From positions 92,274 through 156,273 of the IMG/VR virus record IMGVR_UViG_3300030380_006185: a stretch of 64,000 nt of DNA, one strand, 5' to 3'. Below, piece after piece: positions 59,234-64,000 of the stretch. The position numbers were made by a program, and so were the translations under genes. The notes under the pieces were generated by a model that worked only from the letters and a program-made list of their open reading frames with translations, was not told the origin of the DNA and did no database searches. Every line of letters starts with the position of its first letter. Within the stretch, counting starts at the first letter, position 1. The DNA comes from a virus.

Positions 59234-59943
59234 TTTTTGTATATGTTTTTATCTCTATGTAATACTGAGTAGTGTGCAATAGGGGTTTCGTGGTATAAAT
59301 ATTTACCATGATTTATAGTTTTAGTTTTTATTATGGGTTTGTTATGGTGAAGAATAAAGTCCATAGTGCCATTATCATCTCCAAATCTTACAAATTCAAA
59401 ACCTAATTTATATGAAACATCACTAGACTCTATTAATTTTTTAAACATAGTTGGGCCTGTTGGACAAAATGAACTATCCCCATAATAATTAGATTCTATA
59501 TTTTTTATTATTTGTTCTATAGCCTCTAAATAAATTTTATTTTTTGGTTTAGATGCCATAAAAGCTATTTCAATTGCATTTCTTCTAGCATTAGGAATGT
59601 AATCACCCTCAACTAAAATTAAATTATCATTTTCAAAATCTATAAAACTATTTATTGGTTCAAGAAATGTTTGAGTTAAATCACTCCAAATACCACCATT
59701 TTGATAAAGTACACAATATCTAAATAGATCTGCTTTATAAGCTGTAGGTATTAATGTGTTATAGGCTTTTAAAATTCTACTATTAAAATTTTTTGTAATA
59801 AATTCTAAACATTGAAAATCATCAAAATAAACTAATTCACACTCTGGGTTGTGTTTTATGGTTTTATTAAAAATGGTTTCTATTTCATTAGGTAGATTTG
59901 ATTTTTTAAAGGGACCTGTTTTATATATGATTTTTGGAATCAT
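59230..59943 (-). CDS. GT32-like glycosyltransferase
   Basis: IPKIIY, KADLFRY, GGIWSD, TGP. Confidence 0.85.
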   Translation of the reverse strand: MIPKIIYKTGPFKKSNLPNEIETIFNKTIKHNPECELVYFDDFQCLEFITKNFNSRILKAYNTLIPTAYKADLFRYCVLYQNGGIWSDLTQTFLEPINSFIDFENDNLILVEGDYIPNARRNAIEIAFMASKPKNKIYLEAIEQIIKNIESNYYGDSSFCPTGPTMFKKLIESSDVSYKLGFEFVRFGDDNGTMDFILHHNKPIIKTKTINHGKYLYHETPIAHYSVLHRDKNIYKK

Positions 59944-60572
59944 TTTTTATGTTTAAACAAACTGTTAAAAATTTCAAAAAAATATTCATTATCTTCATCG
60001 TTACCATAACCTAAACCATGATTGTTTTCTTTTGTATACAATTCAAAAAAGGTAATATTACCCATTTTTGTTATTTCATGTTTTAAATCTTCATTATTTG
60101 GATAATTAATATGACATAAAAGATGATGATTTTGAGTTATATCTGATAATGTTTTATTTAATTTAAAAATTTCAGACATTAATAGCTCATCCATTTTATT
60201 TTCTAAGTTTTTATAAGAACATATAAATAATTTTTTGTCTTCTAATTTTATAAATTCTCTAAACCTATTAACACATCTAACATAATAATCATAATCTATT
60301 TTTTGTCTTGGGTCTTTATGATTAAAGAAGTTTTCATGGTATAAAGTGTGACCTGCTTGTCTTTCATTATGTGGTTCATTTAATGCTATGTCTGTATAAT
60401 ATTTAGGGTCTAAAAAATCCTGGAAATCATTTTTTAATACTTCTGAAGTAAATTTTGGGGTAGTAAATAGCCAATCAAAAGGTAATGACATTTCCCTAAC
60501 ATTTATCATATTAAGTAAAGCCGCAGAGAAGCAATAATTACCCACAGAACAAGCATGCTTAAATTCAACCAT
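59940..60572 (-). CDS. DUF1796-like putative papain-like protein
   Basis: SVGNYC...R..SLPFDW, HK, YVRCVNRF. Confidence 0.7.
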   Translation of the reverse strand: MVEFKHACSVGNYCFSAALLNMINVREMSLPFDWLFTTPKFTSEVLKNDFQDFLDPKYYTDIALNEPHNERQAGHTLYHENFFNHKDPRQKIDYDYYVRCVNRFREFIKLEDKKLFICSYKNLENKMDELLMSEIFKLNKTLSDITQNHHLLCHINYPNNEDLKHEITKMGNITFFELYTKENNHGLGYGNDEDNEYFFEIFNSLFKHKK

Positions 60573-60592
60573 TTTAAATTGTTTTATATGTG

Positions 60593-60642
60593 TATAAATA
60601 TAAAAAAAGAATTAACTATTTATTTATAGTAGAATATTTATA
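60593..60642. promoter_or_regulatory. Divergent pair of TATTTATA putative late promoters
   Basis: Minus-strand copy at 60593-60600; plus-strand copies at 60621 and 60635 before ATG 60646. Confidence 0.55.
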
Positions 60643-60645
60643 ATC

Positions 60646-61203
60646 ATGAAAGACAAAATAAAAAAACTCCAAACACAAAAAGTATTACAAGAATATAACT
60701 TACTAAATACTGATTATGAGTTAAAAGATAATGTAATACAAGAACATAAAGAAGAATTTTTAAAAAAAACTTTTAGGGAGAAAGATACTGATGAAAATGA
60801 AAAACCTAATATCTCTAAAACAGAAAAAGAAAAAATTATACACGATAGTGAAATAAATAGTAAAACTAAAAGTAAAATAAAAAAAATATATAGAGAAATT
60901 GTTAAACAAACCCACCCAGATAAAATGGATTCTGAGGTATTAAATGGTTATTATTTAGATGCAACTAAAGCTTATGATTCAAATGATATTTTAGAGTTAT
61001 ATATTATTTGTGAAAAATTAGATATAAATATAGAAATATCTGATGTAGAATTAGATTTATTTAATAAATTAATAGAGATTAAAAAAGAAAAAATTGATGT
61101 TTTAAAAAATTCATTTATTTGGGTTTGGATAAATTCTAAAACTGAAGAAGAAAGGAAAGACATTGAGGAAAGGTATATAACTTTTTGTAGGAACAATAGA
61201 TAA
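60646..61203 (+). CDS. J-domain-containing protein
   Basis: IKKIYREIVKQTHPDK...ATKAY. Confidence 0.7.
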   Translation: MKDKIKKLQTQKVLQEYNLLNTDYELKDNVIQEHKEEFLKKTFREKDTDENEKPNISKTEKEKIIHDSEINSKTKSKIKKIYREIVKQTHPDKMDSEVLNGYYLDATKAYDSNDILELYIICEKLDINIEISDVELDLFNKLIEIKKEKIDVLKNSFIWVWINSKTEEERKDIEERYITFCRNNR

Positions 61204-62022
61204 ATGTCAGATTTAATAACATATAATCAATTTGTTAAAAAATACAACAAAGTAAATATATTTGTTGAAGAGATACCTAAAATAATTTTTAGAACAGGGA
61301 AATGGGCAATTGAAGAAGTTCCTGATGTAGTAATGGGGGTTTATAAAGAAACTATTAAATTAAATCCTGGTTATAAGTTTGTTTATTTTGATAATAATGA
61401 TTGTTATAATTTTATTAAAGACTTTAATCCTAGTTATTTACTACACTATAATAAATTAATACCTACTGCTTATAAAGCAGATTTATTTAGGTACTTATTA
61501 CTCTATAAATATGGAGGGTGTTATGGTGATATGACACAAGAAATATATGTACCATACGATAAAATATGTGATGGGTTTGATAGAGTTTTTTGTAGGGATA
61601 GTTTAAGTGATAAATTAGGTTTATATAATGCATTAATGTGTGTAAAACCATTAGACTCTGTGGTATATCAGGTATTAGAAATAGTTAAAAAAAATATAGA
61701 AGAAAGAAATTACACACACTCTACTTTAGGTATAACTGGTCCAATAGCTTTGGGTCAGGCTTTTATGAGAGTTTTTGAAGATACTACTATTAATCTTAAA
61801 ACTTATAAAAAGAATATACCAAAAGAAATTAAATTAAATGAAAATAATAACTCTTTAATTTTAGATTATAAACTTGATGGGATAGGTAGAAAAATGATTT
61901 TTGATGAAAGGAATGGAGAAATAATAGGAAAACCTAAAATTGATAATCATGAAAATCTATTATATGATAGAAACAACATGCATTATTCCCGACTTTGGTA
62001 TAGTAAAAGAGTATTTAATTAA
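61204..62022 (+). CDS. GT32-like glycosyltransferase
   Basis: IPKIIF, LIPTAYKADLFRY, GGCYGD, ITGP. Confidence 0.85.
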   Translation: MSDLITYNQFVKKYNKVNIFVEEIPKIIFRTGKWAIEEVPDVVMGVYKETIKLNPGYKFVYFDNNDCYNFIKDFNPSYLLHYNKLIPTAYKADLFRYLLLYKYGGCYGDMTQEIYVPYDKICDGFDRVFCRDSLSDKLGLYNALMCVKPLDSVVYQVLEIVKKNIEERNYTHSTLGITGPIALGQAFMRVFEDTTINLKTYKKNIPKEIKLNENNNSLILDYKLDGIGRKMIFDERNGEIIGKPKIDNHENLLYDRNNMHYSRLWYSKRVFN

Positions 62023-63137
62023 TCTATTCTTCTATTTAAATCAGGATTCATTCTAAACTTGCTAAAATGCTCATCATATCTACGTTGTGCTAATTCTCTA
62101 ACTTTTATTTCTCTTTCTACTACTTCTTCAGAAACAAGATTTAATAATTCATTATATTGTTTTATAACATTTTTTTGACTATATTGACTGTAGTCTTGGT
62201 TTTTGTTAAAAGTATATTCACCATTAAATACAGTTCTTAAAGCTTTTCTATATTCAACATAATCAACATTTTCCCATTTAGATTCTTTTAAATAGATCCA
62301 ACTGTCTCCTGGGGATAAGAATATTGGGATTTCTCTGTTTGGTAATAGAATAGAATTTTCTTCATTTATAAAATCTCCATATCCACTAATTTTAGTATCT
62401 AAAGTAATTATATCTTTTTTTAACACTACAGCATCTAATAATGGAATACAAAATCCTTCCATATATGATAAACAAATATAACAATCTATACCTTTTTTTA
62501 GTGAGTGTAAATATTCTTTAGGTAATTTTTTATTTATGATAATTACTTCTGGGCGGTTGGGGTATTTTTTTAATAGTTTTTTAAGATGTAAAATTCTATT
62601 TTTTGGTACTTCATTTAATTTTATTACTAATCTAACATTATCTTCTTCAGTAAATTCTTTTAAAAAATTTCTTAATGTTCTATCAATATTCTTTCTATGT
62701 ATAGCAGTAGATTCTGTATAGAAGGTATATTTCTTTTCAGGGAATAAACTAGAAAAAAACCCATTGTCTTCATCTAACAAACTATTATCATAATAATTAG
62801 GTATTACTCTAATAGGTTTAGTAACTCCATTGTTTTCTAATAATTGTTTACTAATATTAGATGGTGTAACTATGTAATGAAAATTATTAATTTTTTCTAT
62901 AATATGTGGATGCATAACAGTTCCATCCATTGGTTGAATAAGTATTCTTCTACTGAATTTAGAAAAATCATCTAAATGGATATGGTTCATTAATAACATA
63001 TCACCTCTTCTAGTATAATTTAAAAGGTTATATTTTTCTTTAAATTCTTGTTTTAAATCCTCATTGATTATTTTTAGGCTTTCTCCACTCCTAGTCCATA
63101 CTAAGAGGTTTATTTTATTTTCTTTTTGAGTAGACAT
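62019..63137 (-). CDS. GT4 family glycosyltransferase
   Basis: TPS, VIPN, RKN, EGFCIPLLDA. Confidence 0.85.
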   Translation of the reverse strand: MSTQKENKINLLVWTRSGESLKIINEDLKQEFKEKYNLLNYTRRGDMLLMNHIHLDDFSKFSRRILIQPMDGTVMHPHIIEKINNFHYIVTPSNISKQLLENNGVTKPIRVIPNYYDNSLLDEDNGFFSSLFPEKKYTFYTESTAIHRKNIDRTLRNFLKEFTEEDNVRLVIKLNEVPKNRILHLKKLLKKYPNRPEVIIINKKLPKEYLHSLKKGIDCYICLSYMEGFCIPLLDAVVLKKDIITLDTKISGYGDFINEENSILLPNREIPIFLSPGDSWIYLKESKWENVDYVEYRKALRTVFNGEYTFNKNQDYSQYSQKNVIKQYNELLNLVSEEVVEREIKVRELAQRRYDEHFSKFRMNPDLNRRID

Positions 63138-63185
63138 ATATCTATAAGTATTTGATAATAAATATTTGTTAGATAAACAACAGTA

Positions 63186-63218
63186 AAATAAATATGGGGG
63201 TGCTTACACACCCCCATA
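63186..63218 (-). terminator. Intrinsic terminator
   Basis: TATGGGGGTG-tgtaag-CACCCCCATA-tttattt. Confidence 0.8.
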
Positions 63219-63272
63219 CTATTTTTTGTAAATTATACAATGATAATTACATTAAAAACTATTTAATTCAAA

Positions 63273-64000
63273 CTAAGCTGGTATAAATGGTGTTTCTATA
63301 TCAACATAAGTAGACTCAGCAGCTGAAACTGCAGGTTCGTATACATTTACCCTGTGGTTATTTTGTTGTGTACCACTACCACCTAGGGTCATAGACACTA
63401 AGTTAGTACTAAACTGGTGGTTTAAATAAGGAGTGTTAAATGTAGACTCAGCATATTGACTACCAAAATTATTGATCTGTTCACTATACCATATATTTGG
63501 ATTGGTAAGGCTATTTTGAATTAATGTAATTAATTCAGAAGTATTACCATTATAATCTAAAGCTTCAGCTAGTAAATCATGGAAAGTATCCCAATCATAT
63601 CCTTTCCGTAAACCAGAGTTAACATACTCCATAATCCTATATGTAAATGTTTTCCACATAAGAGCATTATCTAATCCATTGTCGAAATTAACTATTGAGA
63701 CTAAGTGATCAAATATAGTAAAATCAGAAGGAGTAGTTGTGTATCCTGTACCGTAAAGATTTGCTAAAGTATCCATTTCCATCCATTGTCGTTCTTCTGC
63801 AGATAAGTGTGAATAATCTGGGCCATTGTTATAGCCGTATCCGTATCCGTATCCGTATCCTACTTCCTCTTCAGATCCTGAATCAGCACTTCCTGAGGTT
63901 TCAGATAGTGATCCTGTTGCAGATGAGCTTCCTGTATCAGCACTTCCTGTATCAGCACTTCCTGTATCAGCACTTCCTGAATCTGGAGCTGGTGCAGTAG
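63273..64000 (-). CDS. C-terminal part of a protein (5' end outside the window): low-complexity linker plus domain paralogous to the 56524 gene C-terminus
   Basis: Frame is open to the window edge: ...SGSADTGSADTGSADTGS...GYGYGYGYGYNNGPDYSHLSAEERQWMEMDT...PFIPA*. Confidence 0.75.
   Translation of the reverse strand, partial: TAPAPDSGSADTGSADTGSADTGSSSATGSLSETSGSADSGSEEEVGYGYGYGYGYNNGPDYSHLSAEERQWMEMDTLANLYGTGYTTTPSDFTIFDHLVSIVNFDNGLDNALMWKTFTYRIMEYVNSGLRKGYDWDTFHDLLAEALDYNGNTSELITLIQNSLTNPNIWYSEQINNFGSQYAESTFNTPYLNHQFSTNLVSMTLGGSGTQQNNHRVNVYEPAVSAAESTYVDIETPFIPA
63928..63979. repeat. 15-bp tandem repeat, about 3.4 copies, encoding GSADT; nearby ccgtat x4 encoding GY
   Basis: cttcctgtatcagca repeated. 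Confidence 0.9.

Noticed and set aside
56524-63800. Diversity-generating retroelement TR/VR pair
   Set aside because: Differences are not adenine-specific, both copies are coding C-termini, and no reverse transcriptase is present in the window.
63737-64000. Plus-strand ORF with YQHFL repeats
   Set aside because: Antisense reading of the GSADT linker repeat of the minus-strand gene.

Overview
AT-rich segment of a large contractile-tailed (T4-like or jumbo myovirus-type) phage genome, almost entirely on the minus strand. The host is probably Bacteroidota/Flavobacteriia, judged from TTG-N20-TAyaTTwA promoters and the lack of obvious Shine-Dalgarno sites. Content from left to right: sugar/nucleotide enzymes and a clamp loader; a late-transcribed array of 11 unrelated small proteins sharing repeated N-terminal leaders (candidate capsid-targeted internal proteins); GroEL/GroES/Hsp20; a sliding clamp and a split family-B DNA polymerase; a 7-deazaguanine DNA-modification cluster (folE2, queE, queD, queC, TGT/DpdA-like, plus a PRTase and an NTP-pyrophosphohydrolase), interrupted by a second array of about 12 mini-genes joined by one repeated DNA junction motif; lysis genes; nrdAB, helicase, 5'-3' exonuclease, RecA/UvsX, SSB and a PolA-like protein; baseplate, tape measure, tube, two sheaths and lectin-like proteins; and a glycosyltransferase island bracketed by two copies of a duplicated C-terminal domain. 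All functional calls come from motif recognition by eye; no searches were run. Several starts were moved relative to the ORF track and several ORFs under 60 aa were added.
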